A program made the translations under genes and the position numbers. This document shows positions 33,901-45,169 of a stretch of 64,000 nt of DNA, one piece after another (within the stretch, counting starts at the first letter, position 1; each line of letters opens with the position of its first letter). This DNA comes from Amphiscolops sp. MND2022 (lineage: Eukaryota): NCBI GenBank assembly GCA_964187785.1, contig OZ076409.1:3722001-3786000 (forward strand). Reading direction: 5' to 3'. Below the pieces are notes generated by a model. The model made no database searches and was not told the DNA's origin. It saw only the letters and a program-made list of their open reading frames with translations.

Positions 33901-36251
33901 TGTTCCGTTGTGTTTGCAGCAATGCCAATGTCATCTACGTATTGTGCACATTGATCGGCTTTGATGACTGAGTCCAGATACTCACGCATGAAGCTCGAAA
34001 AGGCTGATAGGGCTCTGCTTAGTCCTTGTGCCAGACGGCGATAGGCGAACGTCCTACTAGCAAAATTAAAAGCAAGTAACTCTACTGACCTTTGGTCTGC
34101 CATTTGAAGGCAGTGATACGCCTGGGAGCAGTCGAGTTTGCAGAATAGTTTTTTCCCTGCTAGGTGTTGTGCCGCATCTGAGAGGGTGCTGACAGGGTGG
34201 TTGTTGTTGATGTAGTCATCTGCTATGAGTGCGTTGATTTTGCGCAGATCCACCAGTAGTCTCAGTTTGCCGTTGGGTTTCCGTTGTGCAAATATAGGAC
34301 TGGCGTACTTGGAGAAGGGGAGTGTCGTGATGATGCCGTATTTGTGCATCAGTGCCAGTTCCAGTGTTAGGTCTTCTTTGAGGTTGATCGGGACGGATAA
34401 GCTCTGTGTGTAGACTGGTTTGTCGTCCTGTGGTGTTAGGCTGACTTTGAACTGTGTATTCATCCCGATATCTAGTCGGTGTCGAGCAAAGATGTCATTG
34501 AATTCAACAATGGTGTCCTCAAGTTTTTCACGGTCTTTGCCCGTAATTAGTGAGTCTGTCCATTTGAACATTGATAGAAATTTGTTGCGAGAGTCTTCGT
34601 TTTCGGTTGGGTCAAGTTTTTCTAATTCGGCAAGGTCCCGCAGTTCTTTCAGGATTCGCTTTTGTATGGGCGAATGTTCTTGTTCGTTGCCTGGGTGTTC
34701 TGGGGTCGGGAACCAGAATTTTTCTTCATTGTCTTCTGGCCGTTCTACTTGCATTAGTGCGTTGATGTACGTGACCACATCGTCATGGTCATTGAGGAGA
34801 TTCAGGGCGGCAATGTCAACTGGGCGGATCATCTTCGTTTCTTCGGGTTTCAGGATTTGCAGTTCGGCCATTTTGGTGTCGTTGGCTATTGTGTATGGAA
34901 AATCCGTGGTGTTGGCGATTTTAATTGGGAGCTTTTTATCTCTAGCTGTTGTAATCGCTGGGGCTACTATTACTTTCGCGCATTCATCGAATTGTGGTAG
35001 GGGTTGTATTGTGCCCGTTATTGGGTGCTCAATACTCACAGGGATTGTTGCGTAGATGACTCGGGTAGAGTGCGCTGGGATTGTATGCTTGGCTTCGGTC
35101 TTTATCGTGATGGGTTTGGGATTGCACTTTTGTCTTTCGTCTGTGAGCGCCATCGTGATTTGGATCTTGGGAAAGTTGATGGTTCCCTGTGCCGTGTCAA
35201 GGATTGCGGCATGCTTTCGTAGAAACGCTAATCCAATTATGGGGAATGACGTTTGATTCATGATGATGAATGTTTCTTCAAAAGTGTAATCTCCTATTTT
35301 GAAGCGTAGAGTGTACGTGGCAAGTGGTTGTTCTAGTTCGGCATTGGCGTATTGCACTTTGAAAGGGGGTGGAGGTGCTTTGTTAACAATGCATTGACTC
35401 GCCTTTTGGTGGAGTTTTTCAGTATCCCTTTCGCTAATAGCATTAATGTACGCACCTGAGTCGACTAAGGCTTCGATTTTGACAGTATTGAATTCGATTG
35501 GTAAGAAGAGCATTCTCTTTTTCTTCTTGAGGGCAATTGCAGACATTAACGGGATGTAGTCGTCTTCCTTGTCGTGCTGGATGAATTCTTTGATGACATC
35601 TAGATCTTCTGGTAGTGTTGGATGACATTCCGTTATTTCTTCGTCTTCAGCGGCTATTGCTGTGGCTGGCGCGGTTGGTGGTGATGACGAGAGTGAAGCG
35701 GTGTTTTCTCGCTGTTCTCTTGCTTGTCGTGACCATATTGTTTTGTCTTCAATGCATATGATGTTTTCGGCATCGATCGGTGTGGACGTGACGGTGACGG
35801 GTGCTGTTGGGGACGGTGTTGTTCTTTTCAGGATCGGTGACGGCGGTGACGGTAGGTTTGTGGTCTTCGTGGTTTGAGCTTGAGGGTTTGAGACTTGGAT
35901 TTTGAAGGATAGTTTATTTGTATCATAGATGGTTGGTTCATCCCAAGGGTCATATCTGTAGTCTCTGTCATATATATAAATTCGGTCTGTTTTTGATTCC
36001 GGTAGCGGTCTTTTGAGTGTCGCATAGTTATCGGGCGATTCTGTTATCCACTGGGGTAGTGGCGTTGGATCTTCTGGGTGTCTGGCGTTATGCCTGAGTA
36101 TCATGCCTACGTTCCAGCGGCGTTGCCAGTCTTGAGTTGGTTCTTCATTACATTCAGTTAAAAAATCTTCTTCATACCTGTTTGGGGGGTCCTCTATCGT
36201 GTACGCCCTCGCGTCTACTTTTTCCCCAAATCGTAGGCGCGGCGACTTTAG
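30963..36251 (-). CDS. pol: Gypsy Pol (protease, dUTPase-like linker, RT, RNase H, integrase)
   Basis: ALVDSGA, LLVDLRKIN, QYVDD, MTDAS, H..HPG...C..C, TDKGSQF, WTGPY. The frame is open upstream to the gag stop, in the -1 frame. Confidence 0.95.
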   Translation of the reverse strand, partial: LKSPRLRFGEKVDARAYTIEDPPNRYEEDFLTECNEEPTQDWQRRWNVGMILRHNARHPEDPTPLPQWITESPDNYATLKRPLPESKTDRIYIYDRDYRYDPWDEPTIYDTNKLSFKIQVSNPQAQTTKTTNLPSPPSPILKRTTPSPTAPVTVTSTPIDAENIICIEDKTIWSRQAREQRENTASLSSSPPTAPATAIAAEDEEITECHPTLPEDLDVIKEFIQHDKEDDYIPLMSAIALKKKKRMLFLPIEFNTVKIEALVDSGAYINAISERDTEKLHQKASQCIVNKAPPPPFKVQYANAELEQPLATYTLRFKIGDYTFEETFIIMNQTSFPIIGLAFLRKHAAILDTAQGTINFPKIQITMALTDERQKCNPKPITIKTEAKHTIPAHSTRVIYATIPVSIEHPITGTIQPLPQFDECAKVIVAPAITTARDKKLPIKIANTTDFPYTIANDTKMAELQILKPEETKMIRPVDIAALNLLNDHDDVVTYINALMQVERPEDNEEKFWFPTPEHPGNEQEHSPIQKRILKELRDLAELEKLDPTENEDSRNKFLSMFKWTDSLITGKDREKLEDTIVEFNDIFARHRLDIGMNTQFKVSLTPQDDKPVYTQSLSVPINLKEDLTLELALMHKYGIITTLPFSKYASPIFAQRKPNGKLRLLVDLRKINALIADDYINNNHPVSTLSDAAQHLAGKKLFCKLDCSQAYHCLQMADQRSVELLAFNFASRTFAYRRLAQGLSRALSAFSSFMREYLDSVIKADQCAQYVDDIGIAANTTEQLIKNIGAVFKCIRKAGLKLTIEKCHFGVTQIEFLGRIITPDGVAPQDQKVKNFLSKVLFPKSKKQVQKYIGFVNYYRNYIPRLSEKLGMYELLKADSKIRISEELVDNFKEINASLAEACGLALRQPIAGKQYVLMTDASFRASGYAFMIEENDERKIFSKRKTFAPVAFGSRVFSPAQLKMSIYCKEFLAIYHAFLEYSHILWEATIPTLVLTDNRSVTRFFQTKTTPPALWNACDYVLQFKFRIMHVAGSQNTAAGFLSRLELTPKEKVQLKLRDDILTSPIEVNLQSSDVADEEQLFFLPDEEDESEQEIFARKALSKQRALDEHERELSTKVTEVIKIPLNSAVYSFGAIKENARIRNEQDADPLLKALKQRISHEEYDKHLLKTEPRGRNLLRHEERIIMKDGVLMRKYYGEDGSVTHNQIIIPKHLVPELLATLHGKTNKHPGIAKMIQECRAKYYFPGLARKIRAWVTSCQDCIANKRIDTRQIRPKMLSNTEFTMGPEDCLEVDILPNLPSSNGYQHIITMMDVFSRYLFAYPTQDMTAKTVARCIIDVMTRHCYLPTVILTDKGSQFRSEVVNQITQTLDIRISHASTKHAQTIGILERTHASLKTSLKISTGERRSMWHKYVQIAVMNYNTSYHESLGCEPTTVFHGRIPYNILDIKLGLKPEWKKDNNEELTDKLQKQISEIHHAAKENLMQSYLKYKQYYDKKATATPLKVNDYCYVLNPKADNQSMKFAFKDCIWTGPYIVVKVLSNNNYVVRRTGTRYTQTLHRIRLRLYAPNQRVPDVTVRREDYLPDPEVKTTHNDWYAQAWETEFGEVLFGNNTENAAKEATLTEIEDIAGNDESTTENDVVKTTTKESIVENDVVKITTDAPTTENDVAQTSTNENTAEDKTPSDNITSFDLDVSDNPYILTPPPIHSPPKTPELPPIVVGYNPRKVGRYNLRPNPKPNVNPDFRMLDSVTTEDSRPTQD

Positions 36252-37657
36252 TTTTTTGGCTGAGAGGACGTGGTAGGTACAGGTTGTTCACTGATTTTGT
36301 TGGTTGGGATGGTGAATTCTCGTTTCTTCTTTCTGGGGTCATTTGCTGCGTTGGCTCCGTTCCAACAATTCTCAGTTTTGTGCATCTTGCCACATGTATC
36401 ACACTTGGGTTTGGGTACTTCGTTTTGGGCTGGGTCTTTTGTGTTTGTTTTGGCTGTATTATAACGTTCTCGTTGAAGTTTGCGACACTGTGCCTTGTAG
36501 AGGCCATATTTGCCACAGTGAAAACAATGGCCTCGTTGTTGTTGGTCTTTTTTATGGTCCGTCACTACAGCGTCCACTGTGTTGAGTGGGACTAGGGTTG
36601 TTTCATCGGGCGCACCTAGTCCGTTTAATCTCATTTCCCTCTCAAGATGTAAAACTATGTCATTGTAGGGTTTATCTTCCAAATATGCTCTGTTGAGGAT
36701 CTTTTTGACGTGATCCGGCATTTTGGCGTAGATTGCTTTATCAATGAATTTTTGTGCTTCTGAGCCGAATGCTTCCTTTGCAGTTTTTTGCAGGGTGTCA
36801 AGGAACTCATGGAGTTTTTGTTTAGTGGGGTCAAAATGCAGGGCGTCCCACTCACATCTCGCTTTAGCGGATGATTATAAATCACCAAAGCGGCGTTTAA
36901 ATGCCGTTATGACTTCTTCTAGGTTGTCTTTTTTGGTGTCATCTAGATTACAATACGCTTGTAGTGCGTTTCCTCGTAGGAGTGAATGGAAGTAGTTGAT
37001 CTTTTGTATCTCGGTTAGGTGAGGATACATTTTGATATTGTTTCGGAATAGGTCCTCAAAAAGTTCAAACTTTTCGGACTTACCATCGAAAACTGGGAGC
37101 GAAGCAGTGAGTGCTTTCGGCATCGGAAGTAGATTGGTTGATGGGAATGTCTGTGGTTGTGGTGCGAACAGTATCTTTGACGTGGATGGTCGGTCTTTTG
37201 GTTGTTCGCTAAGTATACGTTGTGCTTTTGGTCGTTTGGTGGGTTGGTTAGTGGAATCATTGAGGACTCCTGTCACCATGTTACGACTATTGTTCGGTGT
37301 TGTTTTAGAACTAGTCGCAGTTCGTGACTTGACTGGGGTGGACGTTCCTGTTACGGAGATGTTTTCTTGGTCAGAATCAGAATCTTGTATGTTCGAACTA
37401 ACTGTGCGTTTCTTGTTCGTTGGTGCTATTAACTTGAGCATTTCCTTTTGATTTTCGGCTAATATCTTTGTTAGATCAGTCATTATTTCTTTTCTCAGAG
37501 TTGTTTTCATTTCCTCCAAGTTTTCAAGCTCGAGTCTAGGATTTTTACTAGAACTAGGTATCAGGTTTTCAATAGAGCCATTCTCATTCAGGGAAGCTTC
37601 AAAATCTCCTGACACTAACTCAGCTACAGCTTTCCTCTTCTGGCTTCTAGTTGTCAT
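36248..37657 (-). CDS. gag: Gypsy Gag with one in-frame TAA (36875-36877)
   Basis: ORFs 36875-37657 and 36248-36721 share a frame with a single stop between them; LPVFDGK motif; knuckles CFHCGKYGLYKAQC and CDTCGKMHKTENC. Confidence 0.88.
37261..37278 (-). promoter_or_regulatory. Primer-binding site (tRNA-Leu-like)
   Basis: TGGTGACAGGAGT directly after the LTR's terminal CA. Confidence 0.75.
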
Positions 37658-39621
37658 TTTGATAGAGAGAGAGAGAAGGTATCTTTGGAAAAGTTGAATT
37701 CTTCAAAAATTTAAGTTTTCTTTTGAATACGTTGTAGTAACGGAACAAAACTGATTGTTACAAGGCAAGTCAAAATTGTAAACTTTACATGTATGTACTA
37801 CATATTTATACTTTCCCAGCATCATTTGTTCCTCACCTAAAAATTCCTAGGTATCACAAAATCGGGTTTGTTCAACAAAAAGCGCTAATGATTCATATCA
37901 TTTCAGTCCCGCGTCGTAAAATCAGGCATCAAAATTCCTAGTTGCGTCAGCGTTCCGTAAAATTTGTTGAAATCATTTTTGTTCAGGCAATCCCATTTCC
38001 TGTTTAAATCTCAAAATTGCGGTAAAATAAAAGTCTAGCTTGCATTTCCATCAGCGCAAGCACGCCGGCATGAACAATTAGTCAACTTCCAATTTGGGAA
38101 GCTGAGATTCGAAGCAACAGAATGACACTCAAAAATGGTGACGGAATGACGACGGAATAAATCAATTTGGAAGCGGAGGAAAAACATGGAAAATTGGTAT
38201 AAAGGAACAAACGATGCTGAAACTATAATCTCAAATTCAAACATATGAATTACCTGCTAATGGTATGCTATATCGTTTACATTGAACACAAATTAAGTCC
38301 AAACGGGACTTTAACGAGATACAACAAAGATGAGCGCAACATATTCGTAATAATAAACGGAAAGCAACTTCAACACTTTGCACAATAATCATGAAATTTA
38401 TCAAAACATAATCGAAGTCTGATCACTAGCCCGATTGTCATTATCATGAAATACAACTGTCACTACTGGCTTGGAGCCTATGAATTGGCGTTGACCTTAC
38501 GTCCTACGTTAGGATTATCATTAATATATTTTGAATGCCGTAGTAAATCAAGTAGATTTGTTCCCTTAAAGAGGAACTAAATAAGGCGTAATGTCAACGT
38601 GTTTTAGTGATTTACCATGATGATACAAATCCAGAACATAAAATTACCATTGCAATTTTCTATCATTCTTCCTTACAGTACAGTTTTCCTTATGTAAAAT
38701 CATAACTCTTAAATCTTTCAAATGCATCGATTTAAAAGGCTTCGTTTGGATTTCGTTTGAAGCAGTATTTTTCATTTGCAATTTTACAATTCGCTCCGTA
38801 GGTGCTACGTATTAAGATTATCTATAGCAGAACAGCGGAATACAATTTTACAATCCGCTCCGTAAGTGTTCCGTACGTATTGAGATTGCTCATAGCTTAG
38901 CTGTTGCATCAAGCGAAGAGAAAGAGGAGTGCGTAGGTGAATTCATTCTCTTTCTCTTATTCCAATTGGTGTTGCTAGGGGCAACCGAAATTGATTCTAT
39001 TCGACTTAGCTAAGAATAGTTCTATCAATAGAGTGACGTTATCGGTCCGTAGAAGCAAAATTCCTAATATTAGCTCAGTAGATTGACGTTGCCATAGCGT
39101 TGTAAATATTTGCCTAAATCACTTGGCTGTGCTTTTAAGTGAATATTGACAACCACTTCATCTCTGGAAAACAATTCCGCTCTATTATTTGTCTGTTCCT
39201 TTTCATTTTAGATTGTATGAATTCCGTTGGGATCTCGGAATTGAATTTTATTTTAATGTTTTCATTTTAGTGTGGACCAGTGGAAAGAATGATCCCAATT
39301 ATAAATGTTCATTTTAGTGTTTAGATTAGTATGGCAGGAAATCAGAAGATCATACCGGAAATGAAAAATCTTATCACGCGCAGGGGATATTTGACCGGAA
39401 GTTTTAGCTAAAAATCATTTCTGAAAAGTGTTCCGTAACGTTTACGCTAGGTTTTGTATTTGGAAAATTATCTGCAATCGATTCAGCTGTACTGTAAGTA
39501 GAATTTAGATTAGTTTTAAAATTAGTTTAATAGAGTTTACCTCGGCCTTGTCCTCGACCTCTTCCAAAGCCGGGTATGCCGCTACAGCAGTAGAAATTAC
39601 GACCGGGAGCGGGTCGTGACA
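37279..39621 (-). repeat. 5' LTR (2,343 bp), containing the gag start codon
   Basis: Near-identical to 23007-25349. Confidence 0.97.
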
Positions 39622-40332
39622 CTGGGAACTTTTCCAAGACGCCGTGGAGTCTCCTCATATTAGAGCTCCGTGGCGACGTGCCGGCACACTCCAAGTCCGG
39701 ACACATCCCACAAGCACGTAAAAACAGTCCTGAAAGCTTCCTGCGGTCCTACATACTCCCGAGGTCCGAAAACAGGGGTTTAGGCAGAGCACATCTCAAT
39801 TAAGTAAATAACGTCTAAAATCAACACCTTCCAGTTTTACCATTAACAAACACCTGAAAATCTGCCAAAATACTATAAAACAGCACTGGGGAGGCATTCT
39901 GAACAGTTCCTAGCGAGTTTTGAGCTTTGGGTTCAACTCACGCAAAAATCGCACCTTCTTCTTCATCTCTTTTCCGGCTCATTCTTGCGATTTTCCGGTT
40001 TTGATGGCACAACACTGGGGTATTGGCTAGTTTCTGCTTCTGAATATCTTCTTTCGCTGCTTTTCGGTCTTCTCTGTGGTCTGGGGGGGTCTTTTTGCGT
40101 TGTGTGTGCTTCCTTTTCGATTTCAACGACCTGCTAGGTCGGCCATTTTGATTCGCACACTTTTTGGGTATTCTTCGAATTTTTGAAATTTTTGACCTTG
40201 ACTGGTGGACGTTACAAAGTAAAACTTAAAATTTTAGAAGTTCTTAGAAAGCACAAATTATGCAAAGTTAGGTAGACATTTTTGCCAATCATGCATTTCT
40301 TACAAACTTTGTTCTGAAATCACAAACATTGC

Positions 40333-43300
40333 TTTCAGTTTGTTCATTCATGAATCATTTCATTCATTGAATTCTTTTTTTTTGGTTTTCGGCGCTTGAT
40401 CAAATTGTGAAATAGTTGACTCTTCATGATTGAATTACCGCGTTAAAGTTGATTTACTGAACCTTGAATTGGAATGTAACTGAAATCTGCAATCAATCGA
40501 AAGTGATCAACAATTTACATTTTGCAGAAAAAGAAAATGAGTTCGCAACAGTTAAAAAAGGGCTCCTAACCTCTTAGGTTATGGGCCCAGGCGACGCTTC
40601 CGCGAAAAGAGAAAGTGTCCTCGGCCTTATAAGCAAAAAGGACAACAAAGAAATTTGAAGAAAAAAAACGATAGAAGTTTGAAAGAAATTGCCGAAGAAA
40701 GCATTGTAATTGAAAAACTTTAGCAAAAACAAGGAACACTTCATTGAACTGTGGACAAACTTGGCAACTGGTATTTTCATTTGAACAAACCCTGTTTCAA
40801 AAAAACCCATAAATTTTGAGTGTTTGTGGTAAAATGGACATTTAAATTCGAGTAAAAAAAGTAAAAAAATGACCTAAGGTTTTCATTGTTCGGGAGCGCC
40901 AATTTCATTTATTGATTCCGACAGTCTCCCACAAAATCTAACGTTGATTTCTGTATTTAAAAAAATCACTACTGAGAGCGAAGCAAACCTGTTCTTGATG
41001 ATGGCGAGTGTTGTGACAAAACTGGAAAGCTTGAAATTTTAAGGTAAAGATGAAGATTTTGTCCTGTTCAGTGAACAATTTGAAGCCCGTATGTACCTGT
41101 TGAAGCTGCGTGGTGTGCTATTAGGAACCGAAACCGAGGAAGACTTTTTACAAAAAGACAAGCCTAACGCTTCACGAGAGCATCGTGAGGAAGCCCGTGT
41201 TAAGGCAGCAAAAGTTTCTGAGGAGAAAAAGTATCATGTATGGTGTGAGTTGGTGCAGTGTTTGGATGCAAAATATGTGTTGTTCCTCCGTAGTCAAAAA
41301 AGAGATGGTCCAGCCGCGTGGGGTAAATTGTGTGAAAGGTTTAGGAGTTACGAGCGTCCTCGTTTGCAACACTTGATAGAAAAATTAACGTCACATAGAA
41401 AAGAAAGTTCGGAAACTGTCATTGAAGATAATACTCGAGCAGAAGACCTTTAGTACAACTTGAAACAAATTGGGGAAGCAGTGTCGGAACAAATGTTCAT
41501 CTCCATTCTTCTGAAAGGTTTGCCGAAAGAGTACAAAACATTTGTAACCATGGCTAAATTTAGCAAAGACAGAAAAGATTTGGAGGAAATTAAAAGAGAT
41601 CTCGTGAACTTTGAGTTTGACCTTAAAAACACAACCAAGGAGGAAAATACGTTTTTCGCAAGAGCACCAGTGAAGTGCTATGTTTGTGGTACTTTTGGTC
41701 ATAAACAAGCAGACTGTAGGTTCAAAAAGGAAAACAGATCAGATCAACAGAAAACATTCAAGTGTCACAGGTGCGGAAAAACGGGACATTTTGCCAATGA
41801 ATGTAAAGACGGTGAAAAAGCTGTTTTGAAGTATTGTAATAACTGCAAGAGAAAAGGGCATGACATAACAGAATGCTTCAAACAAGGAGGAAAAGCATAC
41901 AAAGGGAAGGAAAAGACAAATTATTCAGAAATAGAAACAGTTGAAGAGTTTTCATTCTTCTCGACCGAAATGAACATGAATAACAGTAACAGTGATTTAG
42001 TAAGTGATAGGGGATGTACCAACTACACGATAAAAGACAGAAACCAATTCGTAGAGTTTGAAGAATGGGAAGTTGTTGTGTCGTGTGCAAACAATAGTGA
42101 GTCAAATATCGAGGAAAAGGAACAGCTGTCTTCGATGTAAAGGATGTTCTTGGGACATTGAAACGTATTGAGTTCAAAAATGTCTTGTATGTGCCGGAGT
42201 ATGAGAGAAATTTAAAATCGGTGGCAAAACTCAAACAAGCAGGGGTACAAGTGAAGTTTGGCACTGAAAATATTATTGAAACCAAGAATGGAACTAAGTT
42301 CAACATGGAGGAAAGAGAAAACTTGTTTGTCTGGCGTGTGAAAGCGTGTGATGATGTGTCTGCTGGTGAGTGTGGAACCAATCGGGTTGAGGAAATTGCT
42401 CTCAGTTCTAAGTTGAGTATCTGGCACCGTCGATTAGGGCATAATAATGATCTCTCAAAACTCTGTGAGCATGTTGATGGTATGAGTGTGAGTGTTGATG
42501 ATTCTGGATTGCGTGAGTGATGTGAATTGAACAAACAAAAACGTAGAGCAATTCCCAGAGATTGTGGGACAAGAGCACAGGACATTCTTGAGTATGTGCA
42601 CGCGGACATTTTAGGTCCAGTTGCTCCCGTTTCTGTGGATGGTCACCGCTATGCCATTGGCTTTGTTGACAGTTGCTCTCGTTATTGTAAAGTTTACTTC
42701 ATGAAAAGCAGAGAGGAGACTTTGGAAAAAGTCCAACAGTTTTGTGCAGACGTGGGCAAGCCTCGTGTACTAGTAACTGATGGTGCGTTCGAATTCGTAA
42801 GTAAAGAGATCAAGTCATGGTACAGAACAAAGGGAATAAGAACGGAACTCTCAGCTCCATATACACCAGAGGAGAATGGAAAAATAGAGAGGACATGGGG
42901 GACTGTGGTCGGTTTTGCACGTTGCATGATACATGATGCAGGGTTGAGCAAGGAAGACTGGACTTATGCGCTCAATTACGCATTTCAATTGAAAAATGTG
43001 TGTCTGCATTCCGCTATCAACAAAACTCCATATAAAGTGATGTACAAAATGAAATCTAACGTGAATTTTTTGAAGGTGTTCGGTTGCAAAGTCTACGCAT
43101 TCATTGAAAAACAATTCCGCACAAAGTTTGACAGTACAGCTCGTGAAGGAGTTTTTCTCGGATTCAGTGACAACAGCAAAACGTATATTATCGGCATTGA
43201 TAAAGGAGATGGTACACTCAAGACAATCAAAACAAGGAGTGCCAAGTTTGACGAGGAAGTATACTTTGCGAAACCAAGCTCGGAACAAAAGCAAAGTGAT

Positions 43301-45169
43301 ACTGAATTACATTCAAATGAACCTGATTTGTCGTTTTCTGCAACTAAGTCTGAACAGCTCCTGAATGTCGAATCACCCAAACAAGAACCAAGAGATATCA
43401 AAGAAGCCCTAGAAACACCTGAGTGGAGAACAGCAATGGAGGAAGAATACAATTCGCTACAGAGCAACAAAGTTTGGAAACTAGAACAATTGCCTAATGG
43501 AACCAAGCCTTTGAAGGAAAAATGGCATTTTGCGGTGAAGTACAACGCAGATGGTACAGTAACAAGTACAAAGCCCGCTTCGTGGCTAAAGGTTTTTCCC
43601 AGAAAGAAGGTGTCGACTACAATGAAACCTATTCACCAACTGCTCGTTTAACAACAATCAGAGTTTTGCTGAATCTCGCTGCCCAGTATGAAGTCTGTCC
43701 CAAGCAGCTTGATATCAAAACTGCTTTCCTGAACGCTAAGATCGATGAGGATATATATCTTGAACAGCCTGAAGGTTTCGAGGAAACTGATCTGAATGGT
43801 GGCAAATTGTACTGTAAATTAGAAAAAAGTTTGTATGGTCTGAAACAATCTGTCAGAAATTGGTATTTGACATTGAAATCTTGTTTAGAAAAGATTGGTT
43901 TCAAGGAGTGTTCGTTCGACAAATGTCTGTTTGTGTGTGGTGAAGGTGAGAACTTGAGTGTTGCGTGTGTGTGGGTTGATGATATTCTGTACTGGAGTCG
44001 TCGAAAGTCATTCACGGAGTGGTTCGAAAATGAGATAAAAACAAATTTCGATGTAAGTGACTGCAAAGATTTTAACTGGTTCCTTGGAATGAAGATTAAC
44101 TGTGAGCCGGGAAAAATTACTGTGTCACAGGAGAAGTACATAGATGAAATGTTGGAAAAATTTGGAATGACTGAGTGCAAGCCAGTCGATACACCAATGG
44201 TGGAGAAAACTGTCCTTTGTAAAGAACAATGCCCCAAAAATGAAGAAGAAAAAGAAGTAATGGGAAAAAGAGACTACAGAGGCCTTGTGGGTAGCTTGAA
44301 TTACCTAGCTCAAACATGCCGCCCAGACATTGCTAATGCTGTGCACGCGTTAAGTAGTTTCTTGATTAACCCAGGCATTGAACATTGGATAGCAGCAAAG
44401 CGGGTTTTGAAATACTTGAAAGGCCAAAGAGACAGTAAACTTGTATTTAAAAAGTCAGACAGTGGTATCGAGTTGAGTGCTTTTTCCGATGCCGATTGGG
44501 CAGGTAACATTGACAATAGAAAAAGTACTGGTGGTATGTGTGTGAAGCTGAATGCGAAGTCTGGATGTGTGAGTTGGCAAAGTAAAATACAAAGTAATGT
44601 GGCAACATCAACAGCAGAAGCTGAAGTAAACGCTTGTGTAGCGTTGTGTCATGAAACTATTTTCATAAGTGGTTTGTTGAAGGCGCTTGGCGTGAGTGTG
44701 CAGAAACCTGTTGTGCTGAATCAGTTCATCATAGTAAAACAAAACATTTTGCAATAAAAACGCATTACCTGCAAGATCTTAGTGAAAAGGGGGAGATTGT
44801 TTTGAATTACGTAGAAACTGAAAACATGCCTGCTGATATTCTAACAAAACCGCTCCAAAAAACAAAACTGATGAAGTTCAAAGGATTCCTGATGAACCCG
44901 TAAAACGCTCCGAAAAAGGGGGAGTTTCAGTTTGTTCATTCATGAATCATTTCATTCATTGAATTCTTTTTCTTTTGGTTTTCGGCGCTTGATCAAATTG
45001 TGAAATAGTTGACTCTTCATGATTGAATTACCGCTTTAAAGTTGATTTACTGAACCTTGAATTGGAATGTAACTGAAATCTGCAATCAATCGAAAGTGAT
45101 CTACAATTTACATTTTGCAGAAAAAGAAAATGAGTTCGCAACAGTTAAAAAAGGGCTCCTAACCTCTTA
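40333..45169 (+). mobile_element. Full-length Ty1/Copia LTR retrotransposon, decayed
   Basis: LTRs 40333-40576 and 44925-45169, TSD ATTGC, PBS GGTTATGGGCCCAG, PPT GAAAAAGGGGGAG. Confidence 0.95.
41001..44903 (+). pseudogene. Copia gag-pol polyprotein with stops and frameshifts
   Basis: Three CCHC knuckles, WHRRLGH, SAPYTPEENG, YKARFVAKGFSQ, WVDD, FSDADWAG; domain order PR-IN-RT-RH. Confidence 0.95.

Larger units (their letters stand above)
23007..39621 (-). mobile_element. Full-length 16.6-kb Ty3/Gypsy LTR retrotransposon with accessory genes
   Basis: Two 2,343-bp TG...CA LTRs, TSD CTGGG (23002-23006 and 39622-39626), PBS, PPT, gag, and pol in PR-RT-RH-IN order. Confidence 0.97.
22885..40216. 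mobile_element. ~710-bp solo-LTR-like element (22885-23006 plus 39627-40216) split by the large Gypsy
   Basis: Termini TGTAACGTC...GACGTTACA; the joined halves align with 9238-9929. Confidence 0.75.

Noticed and set aside
36875..36877. Programmed readthrough within gag
   Set aside because: A single TAA in the middle of the capsid-like region is most simply a CAA-to-TAA mutation in this copy, and no second copy supports conservation.
31024..37451. Many plus-strand ORFs opposite gag/pol, and similar ones opposite the other elements
   Set aside because: Antisense shadows of long coding frames, with no motifs or splice structure.
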